Of a DNA stretch of 64,000 bases, positions 51,898-64,000 are shown piece by piece. Under the pieces are notes generated by a model, which was not told where the DNA came from, did no database searches, and worked only from the letters and a program-made list of their open reading frames with translations. Each line of letters begins with the position of its first letter. Position 1 is the stretch's first letter. Made by a program: the position numbers and the translations under genes. This stretch comes from Eledone cirrhosa (Eukaryota): NCBI GenBank assembly GCA_964016885.1, contig OZ024744.1, positions 61,504,001 to 61,568,000 of the forward strand, written 5' to 3'.

Positions 51898-54800
51898 GTT
51901 GAAAAAATATATTGTTTCATAGATTAACTCCCCGGCTGAATTGTCAGCTAGTGGCTAATCTCATTTTTCGCCCCACAGGGGTGGACATTTTATTTGAAAA
52001 AGTTTTTAAAAAAAAGAAAGATTATTCTGCTATCAACAATGACAAACTCAAAAGGAACGTTAGTCTCCGCTGAAGAAAGTAAAGAAAGAAAAGCAACAAT
52101 TAACGTTTCCACAACGTCTGCCTGTATAGGCATCACTATGGTGACAAATAGTGACAACATAGTTTTTTTTCGCCAAGAAGGCCAAACAAGCAAGTCACAA
52201 AATGGACCACACAGCATAGAACACACATCAAAAACCACAGATAATGAAACAATTTCCACAACCAGAAACCAAAAAAGTGACAACCACAACAACAACAACA
52301 ACAACAACACAATATCTTTTGCACAGACTAACAAAAAAACAAGATTTCAAAAATCTCAATATCTCCAATGCTAGGGAGATGCTCAGGGAAGCAAAGAAAT
52401 TTGTGACTTTCGAAGAAAAGGGTGGGTTTAAAATAAACTCACCCCCCAAAATCCGCCTTGAAACTCTCCGAAGGACTGTTACCTTCAGAACTGTTGCAAA
52501 CGATACAAGAAAGCCGGAATTCCTCAGTCAAGGGGAAATAGAGGCATTGGAGGAGGCTTTGCCAGACATAGATTTCATGCAGAGGGCCAGACAGTATGGA
52601 AACATTTCGGTGCTCCTCAAAAGTGAGGCCATTGCACAAAAATATTCTGTGACTCCAGTCTCTTCTGCTAAATATACCTTTTTCCCTACTTACCTAGGAA
52701 AAGGGACTCAAAAGATAAAAATCTCCAATATACCACCAAATATCAATATTTGGTGGATTTTGGCAGGATTTTTAGAGGAGGGAGAGGACACCATATTCTC
52801 CATCAAAAACTCAACCAGACACACGTGGTCTGGTACAAATTTGGAAGTTTTGGTACAAATGAGGCTGGAGATAATCTCCAAGATTCCAGAAAGAGTACTA
52901 GTGGACAATAACAGCCACATCAACATTTCCACTGAATGAGAAGGCCACACTGCTTTCGATGTTCCAGCACATCGCATTTAAAGGCCTCCTGCCCTTTACA
53001 GACAAACTTTAAAATACAAGACAAAAAAAGTACTCTTACCAACACCAACACCAAAACCACCACCACAACAACAACACACAAAACAAGCAAACACACTAAA
53101 ACCACTCAACCACAAACAACAGAAAAAACACAGACAACTGCCCTGAAGAACACAGTCCCACCCCATCCCACTCCATCCAACACTACTGCAAACACACACA
53201 CAAAACACCATCCCCTCCCGCATGTCCCTGATGACGATTCTTCATCATCAGACGAAGCTACTTCTCCATCCCTAAGGGAGGATGAAGGAGAGCCTCGGAA
53301 ATAAAAAAAACAAAAAAAAGAAACACCGCAAAGCCACAAAAACACCAATCACCAACACAAACACACAACCATCGACACAAACAACAACACAAACAACACC
53401 ACAAACAAACCTCCCCCTACCAGCAAAACAAACACCAACATCACCCCAAACACAAACACCCACCATAAAAAGAAAACTCCCAGATGAACAACAAACAAAA
53501 ACAACACAACAAAAACACAAACAACAGTATGCATACATCAACACCAACAACAAAATATTGATGGAGGTCATCTCCAAAAACCCCAAGGTGGAGATCGAAG
53601 GGAAAACTTTCGTGAAATCAGAATCAACACCACACCTGAAATTGATAAGAGTTCCTATGGAAACTTACAACAAACTGAAAAACGAATTTTCGCAGGACGT
53701 CGGAAACCCCTGCCTAAAACCCATAAACCGCGTCTTATTAAAATGTTTCCCCACCCCACCCAACACCCCCACCAGCACCCAGATGGAGATTGAACAACCC
53801 AATCTCCAGGAAACGAAAAGGTAAATGCATCTTTTCACCCTTTTTCGCCAACTCTTCTCCACCAACATAGCCAATCTACGAGCTGGAAGTGTGAATGTGC
53901 ATAGCCTAGGGATGCTCTGGAAACAGGGCCAACTTTTAAACGACCTTAGGTCACACGGTATGGATGTGATAGCCATCACCGAGTCCAGGAACCACAACAG
54001 GCAGCAACTAACCCCAATCTTCTTTGAGATCTATACATCTCTCTGTCGAGGAGGTGGAGGGGGAGTGGCTGTCATGTTTCGGAAAAACCTGGACCTCGAA
54101 ATACAGCAAATACACTTGGACCTGGAGGGTAAACTGGTAGTCCTAGACGTGAACAGTATTGGAGGTGGAGCCTTCAAACTGGTGGCCGTTTATGCCCCGA
54201 CTGAGCAATCGCGGCCAGATTTCTTTAAGCGTCTAGAGTCTTTTCTGGAAACGTCTCGCTCCTTGCTTTTAGTGGGGGACTAGAATAGTATCCTAGACGC
54301 ACGTTGGGACTATGTAGGAACATGTCCCAGTAGAGGGGGGGTGCAACAGCCTCAAAAATTTAATCACAGCCCTCTACCAAGCGGAAACGGCAATCAGCGG
54401 AGACTCCACTTCGACATTCTATAGGGGATTAGTGGAGGATAAGTGCGACAACGTTCTCAGGGAAACTCTAGGCATCGAGGAGGACAAACTAACCAGTCTG
54501 TTTGGGAGGACTTTCGGTCCAGGGCCTATGGATAACTTCCAGAGGTCTCTGGCCTGGCAGAGCTAACAAGGAGCTCTACCAGTTCGAGACAAAATCTACA
54601 GGCACGGACGCCCTAGCAGAGATCCTGCTAAAAGGACCTGTCCAAGATGCGAGCAGGACATCGAAACCATTCTGCATGCAATTGTTCAGTGCCCAGGGGT
54701 GACCGACCTGTGGAATTATGTCGAACAGCTACTGTCCTGATGTGGGACGCATCCAGTTGTCAGCTGAGTCCATCATGAGGATCACCCTGCCGCCTTCATT

Positions 54801-55293
54801 TAAGAATGAAGGAGAGGTGGTTTTCCTCTGTCTGGTGGCTATGGCAAAAGAGGTAATATGGTGGACGATGTTAAAAGGACTGAGGGCAAACACCTTTCTC
54901 TCCAGACAACAACTTATCCCCTTCTTTAAGTATCACTTCAGAAGGAAGGTGAGAGTGGAGAGAGAGGTGCTACACCCCAGTAAATTTGCTGAAAGGTGGG
55001 TGAATGTGGCGAAAATGGCCCAAGTGTATATAAACCTGTAGGTTGAGGAAGACAAACAGAGGGAAAACGGGAACACCTCCATAATGTGTTCCTGATGTTG
55101 AGGGTTGTTCTATCCACGGGGTGTAAAACAACCCTGCAGCAACGTTCCCCCCTATTGGGGATTTCAATTGTTATTTTATTTTTATAGTTTATTGATATTT
55201 ATTAATGTTAAAGCTATATGATTTTTATGTAAAACCCCCGCCGTCACGTCTTGTAATGTCCTATTTTTGTACTCCCCTGTGGCAAATAAAGAA
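51898..55293 (+). mobile_element. Tx1/L1-like LINE with ORF1 and internally deleted ORF2
   Basis: ORF1 pieces 52244-53824 with CFRCSSTSHLKASC knuckle; APE start (SVNVHSL, AITES, GGGVAV, AVYAP, VGD*N) fused at ~54350 to the C-terminal CPRC..ETILH..C; flanked by (TCTA)n. Confidence 0.85.
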
Positions 55294-55345
55294 AGATATC
55301 TATCTATCTCTATATCTATGTATTTATCTCTCTATCTACCTATCT

Positions 55346-56626
55346 ATCCAGGTGGAGAAAAACTGGAACGAGATCATGGCCAAGCTATTTGCGCTCACCG
55401 AGAAGTGGGCAGAGTGAAAACTATCCTTGAAAGGTCAAGCGGCGGTGGCAAACACTTTTATAGCGTCCGTCATCTACTACCGCTTGACCATCATGCCTTG
55501 TCCCTGTGAACACCTCACCAAGATGGAACACATGCTCTGCCAGTTCCTTTGGAAGAAGCAGGCTCCACTGGTGAGGAGATCCATCTGCTGTCAGCACTCT
55601 TCCAATGGAGGGCTGAGAATGATGTGCAAGCATGCGCTGAGGCTACGTCATCTACAGGTATTCCTCACCGACCCCCCAACCGGTGTGGGCACCGTTTGTG
55701 AGACAGGCCTTTCCGCAACTTGTCTCGCTGATGGAGCTGCAGTCCTGAGTCAAGTGGAGACCAAAGAAGATGGGCGCCTGGCACATTGAATGCGCTTCGA
55801 CATTCTATAGAGGGTTAGTACGTCACAAGGGCAATGACGTGCTCAGAGAGACTCTAGGCGTCGAAGACGACGAACTCCCCAGTCTGTTTGGTAGAACTTT
55901 CTGCCCGGGACCTATGGACAACTTCTAGAGGTCCCTGGCCTGGCAATGCTACCGAGGAGCTCTACCAGTTCGTGACAAGATCTACAGGCACGGACGCCTC
56001 GGCAGGGATCCTTCCAAGAGGACGTGTCCAAGATGCGGGTAGGACATTGAAACCGTCCTGCACGCAATTGTACACTGCCCGGGTGTAACTGACCTGTGGA
56101 ACTACGTGGAACAACTGCTGTCGCATATGGGACAAATCCAGTTGACTGCCGAGTCCATAGTAAGGATCAAACCGTCAACTTGTTTCAAAAACGAAAGAGA
56201 GGTGGTTTTCCTCTGTATAGTGGCTATGTGATTATATAGAGGTTATATTCTCATTCCCTTCTTTAGATACCACTTTAGAAGGAGAATCAGAGTGGAGAGA
56301 GAGGCACTGCACCCCAGTAAATTTACTGAAAGGTGGATGAATGTGGAAAAACATGTCCCGAGTGATTGGGCTTTCTCTGTATATAAACCTGTAGGTTGAA
56401 GAAGAGAGCAAAAGGAAGAAAGGAGCACTTGCACAACATGCTCCTGAAGTTGAGGGTTGTTCTCTCGACGGGGTATTAAACAACCCATTTGTGGCGCTTC
56501 CCCCCTATTGGGGATTTCGATTGTTATAATTGTTTGTTTCATATTTTTACACGATTGTATGTAAAATCCCCGGCATGTTTTTGTTTTGTCCCCTTTTCTT
56601 GTGCACCCTTGTGGCTAATAAAGAAA
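55346..56626 (+). mobile_element. 5'-truncated Tx1-like LINE
   Basis: QVEKNW..LSLKGQA..IYYRLT..FLW..GGL..CPRC..ETVLH; 3'UTR similar to the preceding copy; (TATC) flanks. Confidence 0.85.
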
Positions 56627-56643
56627 TATATCTACCTATCTAT

Positions 56644-56829
56644 CCTGAAGTTGAGGGTTGTTCTATCGACGGGGTATTAAACAACCTATTTGTGGCGCCT
56701 CCCCCCTATTGGGGATTTCGATTGTTATAATTGTTTGTTACAATATTTTTACGCGACTGTATGTAAAATCCCCGGTATATGTCTTTGTATTGTTCCCTTT
56801 TCTTGTGCCCCCTTGTGGCAAATAAAGAA
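56644..56829 (+). mobile_element. Tx1-like 3'UTR-only copy
   Basis: Repeats 56443-56626; (TATC)-like flanks. Confidence 0.85.
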
Positions 56830-56898
56830 ATATATCTATTTATCTATTTAATTATTTATCTGTCTATCTATCTGTATATATATATGTATATATGTATA

Positions 56899-57212
56899 TC
56901 ATCATCATTTTACATCTGCTTTTTCCCTGCTTGCAAGGGTGGGACGGGAACTGATTCTGGCTTGATTTCTACAGCTGGATGCCCTTCCTAACACCAACCT
57001 CATTTACAGTGAGTGCTGGGTGCTTTTTTGCCGTGGCACCTCCACGACCACTTTGCAGTGGAATGATATGGACCCCAGTCCCTATCATCTCATTTCTACA
57101 GCTGAGTAAACTGGAGCAATGAGAAATAAAGTGTCTTGCTCAAGGAAACAACACATCACCCGGTCTGAGAATTGAACTCACAACCTTCTAACCACTAAGC
57201 CATGTGCCTCCA
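56899..57212 (-). mobile_element. tRNA-head + CORE-like + RTE-tail SINE
   Basis: Minus strand: ggaggcacatggcttagtggttag..gagttcaattc, CORE-like domain, one 48-bp unit, aggaagggcatccagc, RTE-B tail cccacccttgcaagcaggg..(gat)n. Confidence 0.82.
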
Positions 57213-57369
57213 TATATATATATATATCCTAGATTTTTGCTCCACCACCAAAGGAAGATAGTGGCATTAGTGTAGTGCACTTTACCAGTATCCTCTTCGC
57301 AGATTACAAGTGCATCAAACAAGGCACCCCTCCTTTGCCATCTCTGTTTGTTTCTCCACTACCCTACTG

Positions 57370-57660
57370 ACTCAACTCATCACATCACTTTGACTCTTCC
57401 CCCCACCCTCACATTTGGATACCATCTCCAGTTGTTTCCTCCTCCTCCATCACTACCACCACCACTAAATCAATTATCTCATCTTCCTCACCCCCTCCAC
57501 CTTTGGCTACCATCTCCAGTTGGCCTCCTCCACCACCACCACCACTAACTCAACTATCCCATCTTACTCATCCTCCATTTTGGCTATCATCTCCAGTTAT
57601 CCTCTGCCACCACCACCACCACCACCTACAGACTCAGCTATCCTATCTTCTGTACTCTCC
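57370..57660 (+). repeat. Degenerate ~80-bp tandem repeat (about 3.5 copies)
   Basis: tttggctaccatctccagtt..ccaccaccaccactaactcaactat recurs. Confidence 0.7.
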
Positions 57661-57850
57661 CCCAAAACAGGCTATGTTGGCTAACAAACCTGACACATTA
57701 TTCACTTAGATATTTATTTATTTATTAATTTATTTATTTGCATTGTGAAACACAGCTCAGCCTGTGGTTAATTCACCTGTTTATACACATATACATACAT
57801 ACAAACATATATACATATACATACATATATACATATATATACATACATAC

Positions 57851-57902
<52 letters not shown>

Positions 57903-57907
<5 letters not shown>

Positions 57908-58132
57908 GCCAGGAATATCCGTCATCAGTGGTCTACTAGCCATCATAGGTATTTCTTCACATTACAGACCATATACCTCAAGCTGGGGCAATAAAAAGAG
58001 TTGGATGGAGAAAGGTATCTCTTTCTCCATCCAACTCTTTTTATTGCCCTAGCTTGAGGTATATGGTCTGTAATGTGAAGAAATACCTATGATGGCTAGT
58101 AGACCACTGATGACGGATATTCCTGGCTTCTA
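57903..58132. repeat. Fold-back palindrome (112-bp arms, 6-nt loop) with truncated hammerhead-like halves
   Basis: Arms 57903-58014 and 58021-58132 with one mismatch; each carries CUGAUGA-c.gga(uau)ucc but no GAAA. Confidence 0.9.
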
Positions 58133-58214
58133 TTTCTAATTCTTCATTTATTATATATATCATATTTGCAACAACACAGCTCGCCATTTTTCATTCATAT
58201 ATATATATATATAT

Positions 58215-58253
<39 letters not shown>

Positions 58254-58254
<1 letters not shown>

Positions 58255-60368
58255 TTTCATTTATTATTAGCCACAAGGGCCGACATGTAGGGGACAATAC
58301 AAAGACAGGAACAGTGGGGGTTTACAATTAGGTCGAGTAAAAGTGCACAATGGCAAGACTAATTTAACAATGAAAATATAAAAATATAAAATAAACTATG
58401 CAAAATATAACAAAATAAATTCCCCGATAGGGGGTGGACGACCCTGGGGTGATTCGGGTACCCCACCAATCCTGAACCACCCTGCGCTTCTAGGGCACCC
58501 AGGAGAGCACCCCTCTCCTCAAGTTAGCCAGCCTATAGGCGCATGGTCAGAGTAGGCCCATTCACACGAGCCATTCTCGCCACATTCACCCACCTTTTAG
58601 CAAATGTACTGGAGGGCAGCACTTCTCTCTCCACCCTCACCTTCCTTTCCAGGTGAAACTTGAAGTCGATGAAGGATTGGCCGAAGAGAAAAGTGTCTGT
58701 CTTTAGTCCTCTCAACCTGGTCCACCATATAATCTCTTTCGCAACTGCCACCAGACAGAGGAAAATGTCCTGCTCTTCCTGACCTAAGGAAGGTGGCGGC
58801 TCGATCTTCACTATGGACTCGGCCGATAACCGGATTCGTTCCACACGCGACAGTAGCTGTTCGACATAACTCCACAAGTCAGTAATGCACGGACATTGGA
58901 CAAGTGCGTGCAGAACGGTTTCGTCGTTCTGTGCGCATCTTGGGCAGGTCCGTCTGACAGCACTTCCGTGCCTGTAGAGTTTATCCCGAACCGGCAGTGC
59001 CCCCCGGTAGCACTGCCAAGCGAGGGATTTCTGGAAATTGTCCATCGTCCCCGGCTCAAAAGTCCTCCGGTACAGACTGGTCAGTTCGACTTCGTCGAGG
59101 CCCAAAGCTTCTCCGAGTGCGTCATTGCACTTGCCCACCACTAATCCTCTATAGAACTTGAGAGTGGAAGTTCCACTGATTGCATTGCCCGCTTGGTAGA
59201 GGGCAGTGAGTGCCTGGCAACACTCCAGGTGCCAGTCACCCTGTCTCGGTCTCTTCTTGACCCAGGACTGCAGCTCAGTCAAAGAAATGAGCTGCGGAAA
59301 GGCCCGTCTGATAAACGGCGACCACACCTGTTCACAATTGAGGCAGAATATCTGGAGATGTCGCAGCCTCAACGCATGTCTGTGCATCATTAGCCACGGC
59401 ATGTCCAGCCCTCCGCGTAGAGGGTGCTGGCAGCAGATGGACCGCCTCACCAACGGAACTTGTCCCCTCCACAAGAATTTGAAGAGGAGCCGTTCCAACT
59501 TGACGAGGCGCGGACGGGGGCAAGGCACGACGGTTAGGCAGTAATAGATGACGGACGCGATGTACGCATTCGCCACCTCTGCGCGACCTTTCAGTGATAG
59601 CTTCCTCCCAGCCCATTTTTGGGTGAGACTGGCTACTCTGCTCGTTACCTCGTCTCAATTCTTTTCCACCTGGAGGTCTGGTCCGAACCAAACCCCGAGC
59701 AACTTTACTGGTCCGTCCGTCCAGCGCCCCACGACGCTGTTGGACGGCATGGGCTTGCCTCTCCAGGTTCCGAGCTGCAAGCCCACCGACTTTTCCGGGT
59801 TAAGTTTGGCTCCTGTCAACCTTTCATATTCCTTCAATAAGGTGCCGACCACCTCGATTTCTGAGGTATTCGACACCATCACGGTGATGTCGTCCGCATA
59901 AGCCGACACCGCCTTTTCACGTCCCGGTTCGAGCGGGATGCCCTGCAACAGCTCCAGCTTCCGCAATAAAGGCTTGAGAGTCAATACGTACAGAAGGGAA
60001 GAGAGAGGGCACCCTTGACGGACCGATCGGGAGAGCCGAAATGGTTCCAAGAGGTGGTCATTAACCTTGACCACCGAGCGTGTGCCGCTGTGCATTGCAA
60101 CGATCCAGCTTCTAAAGACAGGGCCGAAGCCAGCTGCTTTGAGGACAAACTCCAGATACCGATGGTCGACCCTATCGAATGCTTTCGATTGATCTAAATT
60201 GATCAGTGCCCCACCGAAGCCAGGTTTACACCCTACCCGCTCTATGATGTATCGCATGAGGTGGAGATTGTCGTGTATGGACCTGGCTGGGATTGCGCAA
60301 GTTTGCGCCTCTCGAACCAAATCCTCGAGGACAAGCGCCAATCTCTTTGCTAACACCTTGGCCAAAAT
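58254..60368 (-). mobile_element. 5'-truncated Tx1-like LINE (RT + C-terminal)
   Basis: ORFs with LDQSKAFDRV, VRQGCPLS, AYADDI, KLLGVWF and CPRC..ETVLHALVQC; few disruptions; (TAA)n flanks on both sides. Confidence 0.92.
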
Positions 60369-60387
60369 CATAATAATATATATATAT

Positions 60388-60418
<31 letters not shown>

Positions 60419-60436
60419 TATATATATATATATATA

Positions 60437-60707
60437 TCTCAGACCGGGTGATGTGTTGTTTCCTTGAGCAAGACACTTTATTTCACATTGCTCCAGTTTA
60501 CTCAGCTGTAGAAATGAGATGATAAGGACTGTGGTCCCTATCATTACACTGCAAAGTAGACGTGGAGGTGCCACAGCAAAAAAGCACCCAGCACTCACTG
60601 TAAATGAGGTTGGTGTTAGGAAGGGCATCCAGCTGTAGCAATCAAGCTAGAATCAGTTCTCGTCCCACCCTTGCAAGCAGGGAAAAGCGGACGTAAAGTG
60701 ATGATGA

Positions 60708-60710
<3 letters not shown>
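60437..60710 (+). mobile_element. 5'-truncated CORE-like + RTE-tail SINE
   Basis: Same structure as 56899-57212. Confidence 0.82.
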
Positions 60711-60741
<31 letters not shown>

Positions 60742-60744
<3 letters not shown>

Positions 60745-60970
60745 CACTGCAAAGTGGACGTGTAGGCGCCATGGAAAAAAAGCACCCAACACTCACTGTA
60801 AATGAGGTTGGTGTTAGGAAGGACAACCAGCTGTAGAAATGAAGTCAGAATCCGTTCCAGTATGAGCAAGACAGAGTCAGCCAACCGGACACTGCCCACA
60901 ACAGGACAACCCGTCTAACCCATGCTAGCGTGGAAGAATGGATGTAAAACGTTGATGATAATGATGATGA
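60742..60970 (+). mobile_element. SINE/RTE-tail element
   Basis: Homologous to 16030-16257. Confidence 0.8.
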
Positions 60971-60998
60971 TATATGCATATATACATATATGCATATA

Positions 60999-61037
<39 letters not shown>

Positions 61038-61166
61038 GTATACATATATATTCAATTCAGCAACTGAAATATCAGTGGCATCCCTTGAAGTGTCACTGAC
61101 ACATTTTAAAAACTATTGCGTGTTGCAGCGTCCTCCAAGAAATCTCTCGATATTGATAAAATAAAA

Positions 61167-61351
61167 TGGATTGGCAGTATCGGTAGAGGGTCGGACGCCA
61201 TGCTTTCCAGCATAGTTACGTCCCTTTACGGTCTGAGTTCAAATCCCGCCGAGGTTGACTTTGCCTTTCATCCTTACGGGGTCGATAAAATAAAGTACCA
61301 GTAATACACTGGGTAATTGCTGGCCTTGTGCCAAAAGTAGAAACAATTATT
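61167..61351 (+). mobile_element. tRNA-derived SINE
   Basis: Same family as 38487. Confidence 0.85.
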
Positions 61352-61639
61352 ATATTAAAAAATGAAAATAAAATAGACTAAAAATAAAATAAAAAGAGAT
61401 TAAAATAAAATATACATTATGGCTGATCTGTATCTAAATATATTATCTGTTACAGCAAACCACAAGATTATAAAGTTGACATTATGTACGTATGTATGTA
61501 CATATGTATGTATGTGTGCATGTATGTATACATGTATGTATGTGTGTATGCATGTATGTATGCATATATGTATGTATGTGTGTATGCATGCATGTAACAC
61601 TGCCACCACCATGTGGTTTGTAGACATGTCTCAATTGTA

Positions 61640-61980
61640 TGTTCTATGTTTGGCTTGTTTTCTACAACTGGATGCCTTTCATAAAACCAACCATTTCATA
61701 AGTGTACTGGGTATATTTTATCATAGCACTAGCATATCCTTGATGTGACTGAAGAGTCTTCTCAATTCTCTTTTAGCATATTTTCTACGGTTGGGTAACC
61801 TTTACACTGTACAGAGTGTACTGAATACATTTTATCATGGCATCAGCCGTAGGGAGGTTGTCATGTCCTTGATCTAACTGAAGAATCTTCTTAACCCACT
61901 TTTTCATGATTTCTAATGGATGAACGATTGTACTAGGTGTTTATTATCATGCCATCAATACTAGGGAGAATATCTTAGGT
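61640..61980 (-). mobile_element. Decayed SINE/RTE-tail tandem modules
   Basis: ttctacaactggatgcctttc..aaccattt repeats, similar to 760-960. Confidence 0.5.
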
Positions 61981-63192
61981 CAGAGGTTCCCAAGTCGACA
62001 CTCCCCCCACCACCACCCCAGTGGACGTTGAGAAGGTCCAGGGGTCGGTGGGGTGGTGGTAGAGATGATGCAATAGTATATTAAATATCAAATGATACTT
62101 ATATATATAAATATAGTAAAATAAAAAATATATGATATTTATTTATACATTGTATATATTATATTATTTATTCGATATAAATTAACGATTTTATTTATTA
62201 CTAGCAGTGGTACCCGGCGTTGCACGGGATAAGGTATTTTGAAGGCGGGCCGCTAACAGACCTAATCGTGGAAAAACTGCTTGCCTGGACAATATGTAAA
62301 GAAAATAAACCGAATACTCTGATGGCTGGATAATCTTTAAGATTTTCCTCGATGAAGCAGGAAAAATGCAGGTTTTCACCTAATGCGGGCTCTAGGGGAT
62401 CAAGAAAATGAATTTTTGTTATGTGCATAATATGCCTTGAAATTTCGGGAAAATCGGCTAGTCGTAACGCCTCAAAAAAGCCTTAAAAAGCTGAAAAAAT
62501 GAAGTTTTTCACCTAATGCGGGCCCTAGGCCATAAAAAAAGTTGGATTTTCTTTGCTCACAGTATAGAAGAGACTGACTAATACATAATAGTTACAATTT
62601 CAAGGAAATCAGTCTGATGTAACACCTCAAAAAAAACCTAAAAACCTGAAAAAACGCAGTTTTTCACCTAGGGGATAAAAAAGTAATACACATGTTAAGT
62701 TTGAAAAAGGTCGGTTGGGTACTTCTCGAGTTTTAGGGATTCAAACTCAGACACACACACACACAGACATCCTCAGCGAAGTGACATAATGCAGACAGGC
62801 AGACATACAGACAGATATTATAAGGGCGCGACGTTATATGTATGTATCTATCTAAAAAGAGAAAGACTAAGAATTATAGAGAGAGATCGCTAAATCGCCT
62901 AATGCGGTCCCTAGGGCATTGAAAATTTGAATTTTTTTTTTGCTCAGAACACTCCCTGAAACATAAGTATTACACGTGTAAAGTTTGAAAACAGTCGGTT
63001 GGGTGCTTCTCGAGTTTTAGGGATTCAAACTCACACACACACACAGACAGATATCCTCAGTTTTATATATATAGATATATTATGTACAATTTGCATGTAA
63101 GCAGATCTTTCTGGAAATAGGGTAGGGGTGGCGGCTGAGGGTATTACGGGGCCAAGAAGGAGACGGTAGCCCCAAAAGTTCGAGAACTTCTG
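61981..63192. mobile_element. hAT-like MITE split by a Helitron insertion
   Basis: Ends cagaggttcccaa.. and ..ttcgagaacttctg are imperfect TIRs of the CAGGGGTTCCCAA type. Confidence 0.5.
62201..63075 (-). mobile_element. Non-autonomous Helitron-like element, apparently complete
   Basis: Reverse-complement homologue of 44278-45185; 5' TC, 3' hairpin cccgtgcaacgccggg + CTAG. Confidence 0.82.
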
Positions 63193-63749
63193 ATGTAACT
63201 GAAGAATCTTCTCATCCCACTCTTTCATGATTTCTATGGATGGACGATTGTACTAGGTGTTTATTATCTGACCATCGACACTAAGGAGGATATCTTAGGT
63301 GAAAAGGAATAAAGAGTCCTCTCTACCTTTTATCAATAGTTAAAGACACTTGACTCCAAGACAGTTGGCTTGCAATATGGTTTGGGGAGTTCACATCATG
63401 ATCATGTGTTCCATTGATGTAGTGGAGTGGGGATAGAATGCCAGTGGTCTGATATAGTATGTATATGTATGTGTCTGTGTACATGTCTATATGTGTGAGT
63501 GTATATATGTGCGCATGTGCCGCCCCAACATTTGCCCTCATGTGTATCTGTGTGAGTAAGTCTCTGTGTGCCCGTCCATGTATGCATGTGAGTGTGTGTG
63601 TCAGTGTGTATGTACGTGTTTGGGCATGTTCATGTGTGTGTCTGATGGACCTTCCTGTTCAGAATGATGTTTAATGGCTCTATAATAAAGGGTAAAATAT
63701 AAATCATGAAAATTTATAAAACTAAGTAAAAATGGGTTCTGCAGGTGAA

Positions 63750-63885
63750 GCATAAGTTGCCATCAACACAACAATTGATGTATACGGGCGGAACTTTGTG
63801 TTTTGATTAATGGTGGAGTTCAACTATACAGGTTTCAGTTGTTGAAAGACAGCTGCAGCTTTGCCAAATTTCTTTTCCTCAGCAG
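63750..63885 (-). mobile_element. Old RTE LINE thumb-region remnant
   Basis: Minus strand FGKAAAVFQQLKPV*LNSTINQNTKFRPYTSIVVLMATYAS. Confidence 0.5.
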
Positions 63886-63896
63886 ACTTATGCTTG

Positions 63897-64000
63897 CATC
63901 ATCATCATCATTTAACGTCCATCTTCCACGCTAGCACGGGAAGGACGCGCTGTCCCTTTGTGAGAGATCAGGTTGAAGGACTGTTTCACTCACACAGAAT
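63897..64000 (-). mobile_element. SINE/RTE 3' tail (runs off the window)
   Basis: (cat)n-ttaacgtccatcttccacgctagca. Confidence 0.7.

Overview
AT-rich eukaryotic (metazoan) genomic DNA. The SINE, RTE-LINE and microsatellite content resembles an octopus/coleoid cephalopod genome; this is an inference from repeat families, not proven. No intact host gene is evident. Almost everything is decayed transposable elements embedded in (TA)n, (TATG)n, (TATC)n, (TAA)n and (CA)n microsatellites. Non-LTR retrotransposons: several RTE-clade LINE families, a HERO-like and an R4/Dong-like restriction-endonuclease element, and four Tx1/L1-like copies. Other elements: a Gypsy LTR remnant, a mariner fragment, a Penelope GIY-YIG remnant, non-autonomous Helitrons, hAT-like MITEs and two tRNA-SINE families. 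There is also a 3.1-kb array of 48/96-bp units grown out of a SINE/LINE 3' region. The most striking signal not explained by the ORF track is a set of minimal type-I hammerhead ribozyme motifs (CUGANGA..GAAA..UH with a short palindromic or near-palindromic stem III) from at least five sequence families. Many sit as outward-pointing pairs in long fold-back palindromes among (TA)n tracts, suggesting Penelope-derived, retrozyme-like non-autonomous elements. A second theme is apparent partitioning of microsatellite types among retrotransposon clades. Coordinates were read by eye and may be off by a few bases.
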